A program made the translations under genes and the position numbers. A stretch of 63,380 nt of DNA, counting the filler, from Octopus bimaculoides (lineage: Eukaryota), in assembly GCF_001194135.2 (NCBI RefSeq). It is 4 parts of 4 records of this genome, joined end to end, with 100 filler letters (N's around TTAATTAATTAA, not from the genome) between each part and the next. Parts side by side here need not be neighbours in the genome. Positions count along the whole stretch, not along the records: positions 1 to 10,288 come from NC_068986.1; positions 10,389 to 32,601 come from NC_068985.1; 2 more parts are not named here. One strand, written 5' to 3'. The notes under the pieces were generated by a model. The model ran no database searches, had not been told where the DNA came from, and saw nothing but the letters and a program-made list of their open reading frames with translations. Below, in pieces: positions 1 to 12,966 of the stretch (position 1 is its first letter; each line of letters begins with the position of its first letter).

Positions 1-62
1 TATATATATATATATATATATATATTCAGACACACATATACGTACATACATACATACATACA

Positions 63-140
<78 letters not shown>

Positions 141-180
141 AATATATATATATATACACACACACATATAAATATACACG
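1..180. repeat. Compound microsatellite (TA)n/(TACA)n/(CA)n
   Basis: Direct reading; many similar tracts occur across the window and are not listed individually. Confidence 0.95.
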
Positions 181-639
181 GGTGTGTATGATTAAGTATT
201 GAATAATATATTAATCAAAGGAATTCCAACTTTGTCTGATTTTCACGTTTTATTTACAATCTTGTAATAACATAAGATAATATAATATAATGAAATGATA
301 GCATACTAAATTTTCATTCTGATTGAACCAGTATTTTCATGCATTAAACTATGCAATCTTCGTGCTCATATAGTAGTGGTGACAGTTATGTTTTGCATTT
401 TAAAATTGTAGTGAGATGGCTAAAATGTGTGCCTTAAATACATTTGTATAGGCTCCAGTACGTTAAGTTTTGCAAACTGTATTCAGATCAATCAGTGTGT
501 AGCTTCACTAAACTACTTAAACTGATTGGTATTTGTTTTAGGTGTCAGGGTTTGATTAATGTTTGATTTAGGCATCAGGGTTTTAACATGTCAAGAGACT
601 TGCATTTCGACATTTCCCAGGGATTTTATAAAGGAGATG

Positions 640-1481
640 AGTAGTACCAAATTACCATTCCCAGATATAATGGTAATTAAAAAGGACACCACCATTACCT
701 CAGATATAGACGATAAACACACGGACGCACATCAATACCTGAATTTTAAGTTGTGCCATCCATCACATACAAAACGCAACATCCCATACTGCCTAGCCAG
801 AAGAATTTGTATCATTATAGAAGATGCAAATATCAGGAACAAACGCCCAAGCAAAAATACCCGTCTCTACCTATAGAAAATGGCATACAACGGGATATAA
901 AAATACCCGTACAACAACTTAGGACAATCCAAAGAAGAGGAAAACAAGAACCAGTTATATCATTTATAGTGACACACAACCCACATCACCAGAATATGTT
1001 CAACATTGCTAAAGCAAATCTACCAATCATGGTTCAAAGTAATGAATTAAAAGATATAATCATGGATCGAGCACTTGAAAAAATTATTAACAAAGCAAAG
1101 TTTGACCTTAGCAACAAAAACAAATCATTCACTGTATCTAAATGCAATGATAGCCGATGTGGCACATGCCAATTCATACACACCGACCAATATATGAACA
1201 AAAAAAAAACGGAAAAATATTCACAAATAAAAATATGAACCACAAAACCAGAAATTTAATTTACTGCATCAAATGCCCAAATTGCGAAGAACTATATGTG
1301 GATCAGACTAGAAATACACTATCAGAACGTTCACGTGTGCACCGACAGCAAATTAAAGACCCAGATGTGCGTCAGATGCCGTTGAGTATTCCATTCCACA
1401 AACTACACAGTCCAAGTGAAATCGAGAGAAAAATCAGAGAAAAGACCTTTATTGATAAATTCCAACCCAAGCTAAATAAAC

Positions 1482-1512
<31 letters not shown>
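640..1512 (+). mobile_element. Degenerate Penelope-like retroelement 3' half (RT C-terminus, Cys linker, GIY-YIG endonuclease) with (AAT)n tail
   Basis: Frameshifted ORFs give DKHTDAHQYLNF..CHPSHTKRNIPY (PLE RT C-terminus), CNDSRCGTC (Cys linker typical of Neptune-type PLEs) and NLIYCIKCPNCEELYVDQT..LSERSRVH (GIY-YIG). It ends in (AAT)n at about 1483-1510. Confidence 0.85.
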
Positions 1513-1516
<4 letters not shown>

Positions 1517-1842
1517 GAGGTACTATTTCTACTGCTACGACCACTATCACTAACAACAACAATACTAAAGGTTCTCATGATGATAGCAGGAAAATACTAG
1601 TTAAGTCAAGAGCAAAGTCAGTAAAAATAATCTTATCTAGGGTTTAAAGTTCTGTTAACACAGCTACTCCTACCACCGCCACCAACGACAACAATAGTGA
1701 TAACGATGATGATAACTGCAACGTAAAAACCCCTGGGAAATGTTTACAACATTTCTAAAAAAATAGCCAAACAATTACTGCTTTGGCCAGGGTCATACAC
1801 ACACGCACACGTCAAGATCACCAGCCTTCTTCCATACGCACC

Positions 1843-1905
1843 CTTTTACTCTTTTACTTGTTTCAGTCATTTGACTGCGGCCATGCTGGAGCACCGCCTG
1901 TAGTC
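1843..1905 (-). mobile_element. SINE 3' fragment
   Basis: Matches the tail of the fuller copy at 11230-11660 (cttttactcttttacttgtttcagtcatttgactgcggccatgctggagcaccgcc). Confidence 0.8.
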
Positions 1906-1959
1906 GAGGAGTGACTGCTTTTAAGAGTAAAATCATTTTTCCGTTCTAATGATCTTGGA

Positions 1960-2242
1960 TATGGTTTTCTTATATGATTCAGTCATGAAACGCGCGTAGT
2001 CGTTGTACAAGTACTTACTGTTATACATTATATTATTGTATTAATTTTTATTGTTCAATTTATATTTTATTTGATTTTTAGATTAATATTTTTATGATGA
2101 GTGTTTCTTTGTATGGTATTCGCTGTGATTTTAAAAGTATTTGCTTTTATATATTATATGATTGTAATAATGCATGGTTTTGGACGGGTTCTTCATTGAC
2201 TGAGTTGTGGAATGGTGGTTCGTCTCTAAATTAGTTATATAT
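1960..2242 (+). mobile_element. Dispersed repeat end, probably a PLE pseudo-LTR remnant
   Basis: 2172-2242 recurs at 47184-47251. A hammerhead half-motif GAAACGCGCGTA lies at 1987-1998. Confidence 0.4.
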
Positions 2243-2320
2243 NNNNNNNNNNNNNNNNNNNNNNNNNNNNNNNNNNNNNNNNNNNNNNNNNNNNNNNNNN
2301 GGGAGAATTCACAAAAAAAA

Positions 2321-2450
2321 ATAAAAAGAAGACAGGTGGTGTAGACAACAAACAGTATAACGCTCGGGAAGTGAAAAAGTTTTTAACATTTCGAGCCTAC
2401 ACTCTTCCACAGAAAGGAACACGGAAAGAAAAAAGGGGAGAAAATAAGGA
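2321..2450 (-). mobile_element. PLE pseudo-LTR/3' end copy
   Basis: Reverse complement of 22800-22970, which lies just downstream of a PLE RT fragment. Confidence 0.7.
2381..2416 (-). ncRNA. Minimal hammerhead-like motif, variant core (decayed copy)
   Basis: Minus strand reads cttt-CTGTGGA-A-GAGT-GTAG-GCTC-GAAA-TG-TT-AAAA, the same architecture as 22846-22881. Confidence 0.45.
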
Positions 2451-2944
2451 ATGTGTAGTGGCTAGCGATCTATCATCTATCCATTTATGCTCTTTTGATT
2501 TTTGCGGAGCGTGAGGAAAAACGGCCGGCCCTTTTTTGTGATGGTCATCATTTTCGTAGGGTACCAGTCGGTTCATTTCTGGTGTTAAATGATTTTGCAC
2601 GTGTAGTTTTTCGTATTTTTTGTGTAATAAGTTTAAAGTACGCACTTCCCGTTTGTTATCCTTGATTTGAATAAAGCGGGTATTATTTGATTTATTTTGT
2701 GTGTGTGTGTGTATGATGGTTGAGGACGGAGACCGTCTTATGTTAATTTGAGCTGTAATGTGAGCGTGTTTATGTGTGTTGTGCGAGTGATGGAGATGGT
2801 ACACAGTTAAAATACATCATTTCATGGGGCTAATGCAGTTTCGCACCTCTCCTTGAAAACTGCATTTTTTTTGAAAAACGTTTTTCGGATGAAAAACGTT
2901 TTAGATGTCGGAGATTACGAATATGCAAAAGAGGTATCAAAAAA

Positions 2945-5900
2945 GCCTGCAAATGCATTCAGCCTTGTTCTTTCCAATCGTCGGAAAACGCCCAGCGAAG
3001 GGTTTGAGCACGTCAAACACTTCCGACTAATTATCCTCAAATCGTGCAATTTTTGTAGAGGATCGTGTGTCTGGAAAAGCGCTTATGGTCGTCACAGGTT
3101 CTAGTTGCTCTATTTGGCCTTTGCGTCTCGCTACAGACGAGCCAAAGCGTTCAGAGATCACCTTACACGCGGTTAATTGGTGTCACATTGCAATTACGGT
3201 CAAGTTTCCTTACATATAGACATTAATTTTCGCCGGGATTTTAGGTGGATTTTTGTCATAGCTGATCTCCCACATCCTATTCTGGGTGCGGGCTTTTTGA
3301 ACAATTTAAACCTATTGGTAGATGTCAGGCGACAGAAACTCGTCGACGGTTCTACGTCTTTGTCTACACCTGCAAAGGCCACTATCAATACTGTTCTCAG
3401 TCCTTCATTTTTTGTTGTCACTGCTGGTGATGCATTTCATTCACTCTTAGCGTCTTTCCCAGAGCTAGTGACTCAGCGATTCCAAACTGCAAAACCTACT
3501 CACTCGGCCCTCTACTATATTACTACCACTGGGCCACCTGTCTTTTCACGCCCGCGGCGACTTCCTCCTGACCGTCTTAAGAAGGCTAGGTCTGAGTTTG
3601 AGCACATGCTCCAGCATGGCCTTATTCGCTCCTCCACCAGCCCCTGGGCATCTCCCCTTCAATTGGCACGAAAAGGACATTCTGATTTTCGCCCGGTGGG
3701 GGATCATAGGCGTTTGAATGCGGTCACTGTTCCCAATCGCTATCCTATAAGAAATCTCCAGGACTTCTCTAATTTGCATGGTTGTACCATTTTTTCTAAG
3801 GTCGACCTCGTTCTATCATCAAATACCAGTCAATCCTGAGGACGTACCAAAAACTGCCATCACTACTCTTTTTGGCAGCTTCGAATTCCTTTTTATGAGC
3901 TTCAGTTTGCGGAACGCCATGAGCACGTTCCAACGCTTTATCGATGAAGTTGTCCGTGGAATTGATTTTATGTTCATTGCAAGCGATACGCGTGAGAATC
4001 ACCTCCAACACTTAAATCAACTCTTTCAGCGTCTTCGCGCCTACAGTGTGCGAATCAATTCCGATAAGTGTGTTTTCGGACGGTCATCTCTGGAATTTCT
4101 AGGGCATTATATCGACTCAAATGGTAGTCAACTTCTACACACTATTCATTCGTGATTGTGCAGACAAGTTACTTCGTTTGACTCAGTTATTGAAAGCAAA
4201 TACAAAAAAGAATTCTCCCATTACTTTATCTGCCGAGGCGTTATCTGCTTTTGAGTCAATCAGGAAGGAAATAGCTTCTGTTCCTTTGCTTGCACATCCG
4301 GTTCCCGATGCTCCTCTCTCTTTAACCGTTGGTGCATCGGATCCTGCGGTTGGTGCTGTTTTGCAGCACACCGTAGACAATCAGACTAAACCTTTGGCGT
4401 TTTTTTTCTCGTCAATTAAAGCCAGCCGAACGTCGGTACAGTACTTTTGATCACGAGCTTTTGGTGATCTACCTCTCGGTTCGTCATTTTCAACATCAAC
4501 TCCAAGGCCGAGATTTTGTGATTTATACTGACGTAAGCCTCTTACGTTTGCTCTGTCATTTAAATCGGACGAACACTCGCCTCGTGCTTTTCGTCACCTG
4601 GACTACATTTCCCAGTTCACGAGTGACATTCGGCATATACCTGGAACAGTGAACGTACCTGCTGACACACTCTCTCATCTTCCTGTGTGCTCCCTTTCAT
4701 CTCTTGCTGCAATCGATTTAACCGCCATTGCGCAGGATCAGCCAGCTCTGGACACTTTGGATTTGACTTCTACCATGTTGTCCTGTTGCAAGTTTGCCTA
4801 TCTTCCACTTCCGTCTGCTGAAGGCACCATTCTTTGTGACACAGCTATTGGTTCTTCCAGGCCGTTTGTACCTAAGAACCACCAGCGCTCCGTTTTTGAG
4901 GCCTCGCATTCACTGTCACATCCTAGCATCGCTGCCTTGGTGAAGCCTATTACGGCTCGGTTTTTCTGGCCTAATATGCGCCGTATGATCACAGCTTGGG
5001 CACGCTCTTGTGTGAAATACCAGTGTTATAAAATCCACAGGCATATTCGCGCTCATCTTGGACAATTTTCTCCTCCGGAGACTCGCATTGCTCTGGTTGG
5101 ACCATGGCCTGTCAGTCGCGGTTTCTCTTACATATTGACATGCGTCAATCGATTTTCTCGTTGGCCAGAGGCCATTCCGATAGTGGATATTTCCGCTGAG
5201 CCAGTTGCTCGAGCTTTCGTTTCTAACTGGATTGCTCGCTTTGGTGTCCCAGCTTAGATAACCACTGATCGCGGACGCCAGTTTGAGGCTTCTTTATTTC
5301 GTGAATTGTCACGAATCCTAGGCGTTCATCACATTCGTACGACCAGCTACCACCCAGCATCCAATGGGATGGTCGAACGTTTTCACGGGCAACTGAAGGT
5401 CACTCTACGTGCCACTTCTGATCCGCAGTCTTGGACAAAATTCCTGCCTATCGTTCTTCTTGGTTGTCGCATTGCTGTTAAAGCAGACTTGGCGCCAGAC
5501 AACTCATCGCCTCCTGATCCAACGTCGTATGTCACCAGACTTCGCTCGTATTTCTCAAGTCTTCCACCTTTGCATCAGCGTGAGTAGTGTATTTCCTCTC
5601 ATGTCCCACCGGATGGTGAGAAATGGACTCATGTTTTTGTTCAGGACAATTCTGTCCCTTATAAGGGACCATTTCGTGTGCTATCGCATACGCCCAAAAC
5701 TTTTAGTCTCGACATCAATAGTCGGGCAGAGACCGTGTCAGTCGAAAGACTTAAAAGGGCGCATTTTGAGGTGTCCACACCCTTCGATGACACCCCAAAC
5801 ACGCCCACCTTTGATCCTTTACAACCACCCTCACATGCACCTTTGACCACACCATGCGCGAGATCACAACGAGGCTCACGATGGCAAACTGGATAAAAAC
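2945..5900 (+). mobile_element. Degenerate Ty3/Gypsy LTR retrotransposon: gag tail plus pol (protease, RT, RNase H, integrase)
   Basis: Gag end KCIQPCSF at about 2960-2990. Protease region MVVTGS (catalytic D lost) and DLPHPILGAGFL. RT SPWASPL..RPVGDHRRLNAVTVPNRYP and KTAITTLFGSFEF. RNase H DPAVGAVLQ..PLAFF. Integrase HxxSHP..FFWPNM and [27 protein letters not shown]. Many frameshifts and stops. Confidence 0.95.
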
Positions 5901-7286
5901 AGCCAAGCAACCAGATTCGATCTCTTTTTCCCGCGACCACTTGCAGAGCACACTTCACTGGCTCGGCTTCTAGGCTAATCTGCTTGTCGTCTCTCCTGTG
6001 GCAATGGGCCCGCGTAACGGAGAACGACGAATTCACACCGCATGAGATGGCTGCAAAGAGCAACATACCACACCTTTATATATATTGTATATATTGTGTT
6101 TTGCCTAATACTTCTTTACTCGACTGCTGGAGCCTTAAGCAACACGAAGAATAAGAAATTAATGGGAGAAAGGCGATATTCAACCGATATCGAGAACCTT
6201 GTCTCACATTATAAATTCAATAAGCATATAGATATGTGTATAAAGAAATGGGGTTAAGAACAACAGTAACACCGTCTTCTATAGGACCGTCACATTTAGT
6301 TGACAAATATATTTTATGAATAAACGGACAGGAATAAATAGATAGACAGGATAAATAAATAGATGGACGAAAAACTTCAAAATTTAAAATTGGGGGGGAG
6401 GTCGAAGAATGAGAACAAAGACATCACATGGTCTACACTTAATGACGTTACCAAGGCGATTACTGTTTCGTCTCAAAGCAACGTCAAAACATTTCCGCAT
6501 AGATGAAGAATATTTTAAAATGTCAAGAAAAATTGTTAAAGGGAATGGGAGAAGGGCAGCCTTGTAAGTATGACATAAACTGAAACTGATTTTTTCATTG
6601 CTCTATTTACGGTTCTCTAGAAGCCAGGGGATTCAACACCAGTGACCTCCCTTGGCGATCATTTTTGAATGTTCCAATAATAGCGGATTTATATCCCTTT
6701 TAGTAATGTCATTATGGCATGGTACGTTCTAGAAGGGTTTTGTCCGCAAAGGGGAGCCAGCAGTCTTTCAGCTATATATGGGACAGAAATATTCGTTCTT
6801 CCTCTTTTTGCTACACCGAATCCGACTTGTTCACATCCTTATTATGGAGAGCAACTATACTTGTCTACACGTGGCCTAAGCCAAGAAGATGGCCTCTAGC
6901 AGTGACCGTGCGCCTCAAGCCCTTTATGTTACACATGTGTACGGATTTCTCTTGGGCCACTAACGAACCATTTGCAGAATGAATTTCCTTCGTACACTTT
7001 CCATTGCAATTCTTTCACGCAGAACGCGACTAGACAAAATATTGTATGTAGCTTTTCACATTTCTGTGCAGCTTCACTCGAAGCATAATCTTGGTGAACT
7101 CGTATCTGTTCTTATTAAGTTATTTGTGAAAGTTTAAGAATGTCTACTTCGTTATTCCTCATTATTCCTAACCTTGCATCCGCATCAACGTTTGGTACAG
7201 AGAAAACTACTACTAGAGTGATGACCACACAACACTAAAGTGGTAAACCCGACCTAGAACACGTATTCTTTCTCGTTTAACAACTT

Positions 7287-8415
7287 ATGGTGACCCTGCA
7301 CATTTTTCTTCACGAGGAATTCTTACCGAAATTTTTGGAGTCTGGAGAACTCACTGCATGGACTGCGACTCTGTATTAAATACCACGTGCTATTTTCCAT
7401 TTCTTCCAGTTCCCACGGACACCACACTCCTAACGTTTTCAGTCCACTAGTTCAAGTCGACATCAGGTATTCATTCTTCATCGTTTGAAATTCTCCTCAG
7501 GAGAGATCACACGTATTTTTTATACTCAGGTACGACTTCGCGTTCCTTTTCATCCTTGCCTTCGTCTCACGTTCTCGCTGGAAGACGCCATCCTAGTTAC
7601 TCGCTTGTGGAACTTTCTTTCCAGCCACATTTTCTGAATTAGTTTTGATCGGCCCGTTTTCATGGTGAACAACATTCAATCGGCCCAGCAACAGCTTCAA
7701 TTATACTTAGTGGCATTCCTTCGGCGCTCGCACTCACTATAAAGGATCTCATCACGGACACTATCTGACGCCTCTTACACTTCCATAAAGGCGAAAGTTC
7801 TTCGTTGAAATTCCAAATCCTCCGAAAGCCGTTTCCGTACACTGCTGGAAAACGAGCATCTCGGGGACAAGTCCCCAACGGAATTTTTACGCCGTATCCA
7901 CGAGTTGGCTGATGGTTCCACGGAGGAAAGCTCCTTTGTAAAAGTTATTCTTCTCTAGGCCACTGTCCAATATGCAAGCGATTCTAATCCCGATAGTGGA
8001 AAGCAGTACCATGGACCAAATAGCTACGTCAGCGGACAAGATACTGGAATTCTCTAGAGGATCTTCCACGGCCGACGGGGTAGTACCTGTCACTTCTTCT
8101 GCTTCAACGGCCCAGGACTTCTGTACTGCCGAGCTTTCAGGTCATACAGCAACCCTCAAGGTCATTAAGGATTTGGCACGCCAAGTTTCGTGCATGTATA
8201 CCGTTCGTTCCTCTTCCAGGCCACGTTCTAGGAATCGTTCTTCTCGCAGTCATGCAATCTCTTCGAACACCTCACACTGTTGGTATCATCGGTGTTTCAA
8301 GGACCAGGCCAGAGGATGCACACAGCCATGTTCCTACTCTCCACAAGAAAACAAGACGTTTGAAGCGCCGACAAGCATTCAGGTTGCGTCACTTGCAACG
8401 ATTTCTAGAAAGTGA
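7287..8415 (+). mobile_element. Second Gypsy fragment: primer-binding site, leader and gag
   Basis: tggtgaccctgcac resembles the tRNA-Trp PBS TGGTGACCCCGAC. Gag motifs are LLENEHLGDKSPTEFLRRIHELA and CWYHRCFKDQARGCTQPCSY (Mag-like gag). Interrupted by stops and frameshifts. Confidence 0.8.
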
Positions 8416-8559
8416 GTGTGTGTGGGGTCCGTTTGTGAGACATGCATTTTCGCAGCTCGTCTCCTTGAAGCTACAGTCGTGGGTAAAGGATAAACCAAAA
8501 CTGGGTGTCTGGTGCCTAGAATGTCGTTAGGCGCTCACTGTCCTCTACAAGTCGGGCAA

Positions 8560-9255
8560 TAGAATCGGTGGATATTCCAGTTTACCTATATACAGAGGAT
8601 TAGTAGCGGAGAAGTGCGACGACGTCCTCGAGGAGACCCTAGGTGTCGACGAAGACGAGCTGGCAAGTTTATTCCGAAGGACTTACCGGTCGGGGACTAC
8701 TATGGATAATTTCCAGATGTCTTTGGCCTGGCAGCGCTACCGGTTCGAGATAAATTCCACAGATACGGATGTGCTGTCAGACGAGTTTGCTCGAGGTACT
8801 CATAGAAACCGTTCTGTCTGTACTTGTTCACTGTCCGAGCATTGCTGACTTGTGAAGTTATGTCGAACAGCTGCTGTATGGGACGGATACGTCTGTCAAC
8901 CGAGTCCATAATGATGGTTGCTCCACCGTCCTACTTTAATCGGGCAGGCAAGGCAGTTTTCCTTTGCCTGTGAATCGGAGGAGAGGTGTTGGAGAGGGCA
9001 CTTGTCCCTGGTATTCAGAGTGATCTTGGATGGTGTGGTTCCTCAATTATCCCTAGAGATCCTATATCAGAAGGACCCCCATCACTCACACTTTTTTTCT
9101 AGTGCCGTGTACTATGTATACTTCCCTTTTTTAATGTACACCGTGTATACTATTTTCCCCACCATATGTAAACTCCCCACACTTCATGTCTGTCCCCCTC
9201 ATCCTTCACCCTGGCGGCAAATAAAAGAAATCTTTATTATTATTATTATTATTTA
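8560..9255 (+). mobile_element. Tx1-like (L1 clade) LINE 3' fragment with (TAT)n tail
   Basis: Translates, with frameshifts, to YRGLV..DNFQMSLAWQ / ALPVRDKFHRYG..CSR / ETVLSVLVHCPSIADL*SYVEQLL, resembling the Tx1 C-terminal zinc-knuckle region. AATAAA precedes the TAT tail. Confidence 0.75.
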
Positions 9256-9499
9256 ACTGTTCAATATTTGTTAGATTGAAGCAAAGTTCTACTGCTTCAC
9301 CTGCTACACCTCCGTGTTACTAGAGTGTGTGCAGAATTGTGTGTACTCTTCTGCTGTTGGAAATGTGTCGGTACTCTATTGTGTTAGTTTTTTTTGTGTG
9401 TGTGGTGCAGTCTTTTGCTGTGTTACTGCTTGTATTGTGTGTTGAGTGTGTAATGCTTTGGTTTTCTAGCTTGCTGGTGGGAGCAGTGATTTACCTCTT

Positions 9500-9960
9500 C
9501 TCAGTGTGACTCTGACACATTTGTCCAGCTTCATGCTCATTCTGATGTCATTGCTTAAACTCTGAACAACTTTGATAAGGTTTCTCTGTTCTATAGTGCT
9601 TTTAGTGAAAAGTTTTAGGTCATCCACGTACAGGAGATGCTTTATTTTTTGTTCATAGCACCTATAACCCATGGTGGTTTCCTTTAACGAGTTTGTTAGA
9701 TGGATCAAAGAAAGGCAGAAAAGCAAGCGTAGCAGTGAATCTCCCTGAAAAGTCCCTCTTCTTATGGGTATAGGGTAGGTTTTAATAACATGTGAGTCAT
9801 TTTCAATGTTATACTGGTTTTTCAGTATGCCAGTGCATGTTTAATATATTTTAGTATTGGTGGGATTACCTTTTTTGCGTGGAGAGATTCCAATATCCAT
9901 GAGTGTGGAACACTGTCGAAAGCTTTCTGGTAATCAATCCAAGTCATGTTCAGGTTTGTA
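9500..9960 (-). mobile_element. R4/Dong-like (RLE) LINE RT fragment
   Basis: Contains a FQGDSL-like motif, then KHLLYVDDLKLF...NDIRMSMKLDKC. Confidence 0.85.
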
Positions 9961-9984
9961 TTATTATTATTATCATTATTATTA

Positions 9985-10288
9985 TTGAGAGAGCAGTGCA
10001 TGCCCTCAAAGTGACACTGGGGTAAAATATACGAAGCCCATTATACCCATCATGACTACTCGTCTGATAAGGGTACACCAGGCACATGCATCACAACCAT
10101 ATGTGCGCGACACGGTGATCTCATATCAAGATAAACAGCGAATTAGAATTTTCTTCAGGTCGAGTAGCCCATCCCGCTCAAAAGGTCCCTGAATAAGGTT
10201 TGTTTAAGGATGTTAAGCAAAACACCCATGTTTCCAAAGGTGAATTATTCAAACCCCAAAGAATTCCCCTCAACACATGGCTATGATG
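9985..10288 (-). mobile_element. SINE-like repeat, 3' part
   Basis: Resembles an octopus retroposon from recall and abuts a (TAT)n tail. No second copy occurs in the window. Confidence 0.45.
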
Positions 10289-10332
10289 NNNNNNNNNNNN
10301 NNNNNNNNNNNNNNNNNNNNNNNNNNNNNNNN

Positions 10333-10344
10333 TTAATTAATTAA
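10333..10344. other. Artificial scaffold linker TTAATTAATTAA within N runs (also 32646-32657 and 37708-37719)
   Basis: The same 12-mer, with stops in all six frames, is embedded in N runs three times. Confidence 0.95.
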
Positions 10345-10603
10345 NNNNNNNNNNNNNNNNNNNNNNNNNNNNNNNNNNNNNNNNNNNNCATCGTTGTCCC
10401 CACTTTTGTTTTTTTTTCTGCTTTGTTTTCGACCCCCTCGAAAAGAAAAAACTCTACATTTGTATTTTGTCCCCTCTGTGTTGAGCCCTGTGTGGCTAAT
10501 AAAGAAACCTATCTATCTATATCTGCGGCAAAATGGGATAAAGAGGTCAAGAATGAAGGGAAGAGAGAATGAGTGAGATGGGGAGGTAGGCTGAGAGAAG
10601 CGT

Positions 10604-10644
<41 letters not shown>

Positions 10645-11047
10645 TAGAGATAGAAAGAGAGAGAGAAAGAGAGAGAGATAGAGATAGAAAGAGAGAGAGA
10701 AATGGAGAGCGTATGTGTGAGAGAGAAAGAAAGAGAAGGGGAAACTAGGAGACTTTTGAGAGTGAACGAGAGTTAATGAAAAGCAATAACATTCAGGGTT
10801 TTTACTGTTACGTAAGTTTGCAGACAAACGTCACAGAGTGAAATGTTTTGTCTACGGAACTCGTTGCAGGTATGTCTGTGCGTTGTGTATTTTTCTGTCT
10901 ATGCATGTATACATGCATGTTTGCATGTGTGTGTGTGTGTGTGTGTGTGTGTTGCATGCATGTTTGTATAAATAACTGAATGCGCATGCGTGTGTCCACG
11001 AGTATGGCGTGCTTTTGTCTTAATGTATGTAGTTTATTTGCCTAAGT

Positions 11048-11832
11048 GTGAAGGCGCAATGGCCCAGCAGCGGACTCGCAGTCATAGGATCGCGGTTTCG
11101 ATTCCCAGACCGAGCGTTGTGAGTGTTTATTGAGCGAAAACACCTAAAGCTCCACGAGGCTCCGGCAAAGGGTGGTGGCGAACCCTGCTGTACTCTTCCA
11201 CCACCACTTTCTCTCACTCTTAATTCCTGTTTCTGTTGTACTCTTTTACTCTTTTACTTGTTTCAGTCATTTGACTGTGGTCATGCTGGAGCACCGCCTT
11301 TACTCGAGCAAATCGACCCCAGGACTTATTCTTTGTAAGCCTAGTACTTATTCTATCGGTTTCTTTTGCCGAACCGCTAAGTTACGGGGACGTAAACACA
11401 CCAGCATTGGTTGTCAAGCGATGTTGGTGGTGGTGGGTGGGGGACAAACACAGACACACAAACACAGACATATATATATACATATACATATCTACGACGG
11501 GCTTCTTTCAGTTTCCGTCTACCAAATCCACTCACAAGGCTTTGGTCGGCCCGAGGCTATAGTAGAAGACACTCGCCCAAGGTGCCACGCAGTGGGACTG
11601 AACCCGGAACCATGTGGTTGGTAAGCAAGCTACTTACCACACAGCCAGCCACTCCTGCGCCTAGGGCCAGCCTTGTCACACTCTGTGTCACGCTGAACCT
11701 CCCTGAAAATTACTTTAAGGGTACACGTGTCTGTGGAGTGATCAGCCACTTACACGTTAATTTCACGAGCTGGAAGTTCCGTTGATCGGATCAACTGGAA
11801 CCCTCGTCGTCGCAACCGACGGAGTGCCACGA
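11048..11832 (+). mobile_element. tRNA-derived SINE split by a nested opposite-strand SINE
   Basis: tRNA-like head with B-box-like ggtttcgattccc. The body resumes at about 11662 after the insert. Confidence 0.7.
11230..11660 (-). mobile_element. Near full-length tRNA-derived SINE
   Basis: Minus-strand head ggctgtgtggtaagtagcttgcttaccaaccacatggttccgggttcagtccc. Many partial copies occur in the window (12850, 42530, 44970, 59040, 62890). Confidence 0.85.
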
Positions 11833-12373
11833 GATTTGTCTAAGTGTTGTATGGATATGTTTTTNNNNNNNNNNNNNNNNNNNNNNNNNNNNNNNNNNNN
11901 NNNNNNNNNNNNNNNNNNNNNNNNNNNNNNNNNNNNNNNNNNNNNNNNNNNNNNNNNNNNNNNNNNNNNNNNNNNNNNNNNNNNNNNNNNNNNNNNNNNN
12001 NNNNNNNNNNNNNNNNNNNNNNNNNNNNNNNNNNNNNNNNNNNNNNNNNNNNNNNNNNNNNNNNNNNNNNNNNNNNNNNNNNNNNNNNNNNNNNNNNNNN
12101 NNNNNNNNNNNNNNNNNNNNNNNNNNNNNNNNNNNNNNNNNNNNNNNNNNNNNNNNNNNNNNNNNNNNNNNNNNNNNNNNNNNNNNNNNNNNNNNNNNNN
12201 NNNNNNNNNNNNNNNNNNNNNNNNNNNNNNNNNNNNNNNNNNNNNNNNNNNNNNNNNNNNNNNNNNNNNNNNNNNNNNNNNNNNNNNNNNNNNNNNNNNN
12301 NNNNNNNNNNNNNNNNNNNNNNNNNNNNNNNNNNNNNNNNNNNNNNGCACTTCATTTAATCGAGGGCCCTTAA

Positions 12374-12600
12374 CCCATTAAGTTCCAGAGTACTTAAATT
12401 TCTGAATATTACTTTTAAATTTTTACAGATGATTGAAAATAGGTTAAAACGAAAAAAAAAAAAAATTATTAAAACTCCTTTACTTCAAGTAGAAATGGAA
12501 ATACTCGGTGTCCTATAAATAGGACACTGAGACAATTTGATATAGCTTATTTAATGTTCTCATTTAGTGTCCTATTGATAGGACAGTGGGACTTAATGGG
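12374..12600. mobile_element. piggyBac-type MITE
   Basis: TTAA at 12370-12373 and 12601-12604. TIRs are CCCATTAAGT(T)CC and GGACTTAATGGG. Two internal palindromes gtgtcctat..ataggaca. Confidence 0.85.
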
Positions 12601-12966
12601 TTAAGTTGAAAGGCAAAGTTGACCTCAGGAGTATTCGAACTCAGAAAGAAGAGCTGCTTGGCCTTTTTGTCCGACGTACTAACGTCTTTACCAGCTCACC
12701 GCACTATACTTTTATTATATTATATATATATATAATTTATTATATTATATTACATTATATAAAATATAAATATAATATGAAATACAATATAATAAATATA
12801 TAATATCATGTAATAACTATATATACTCTATATATATCATGTAATAACTATATATGACTCTAGTTCTATTCCTCTGCATGACACCTTGAGCAAGTGTCTT
12901 CTACAATAGCCACGGGCCGACCAAAGCGTTGTGAACGAATCTGGCAGGCAGAAACTGAAAGAAGTC

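Noticed and set aside
10333-10344. Recurrent TTAATTAATTAA as a biological motif
   Set aside because: It is always embedded in N runs, so it is an assembler linker.
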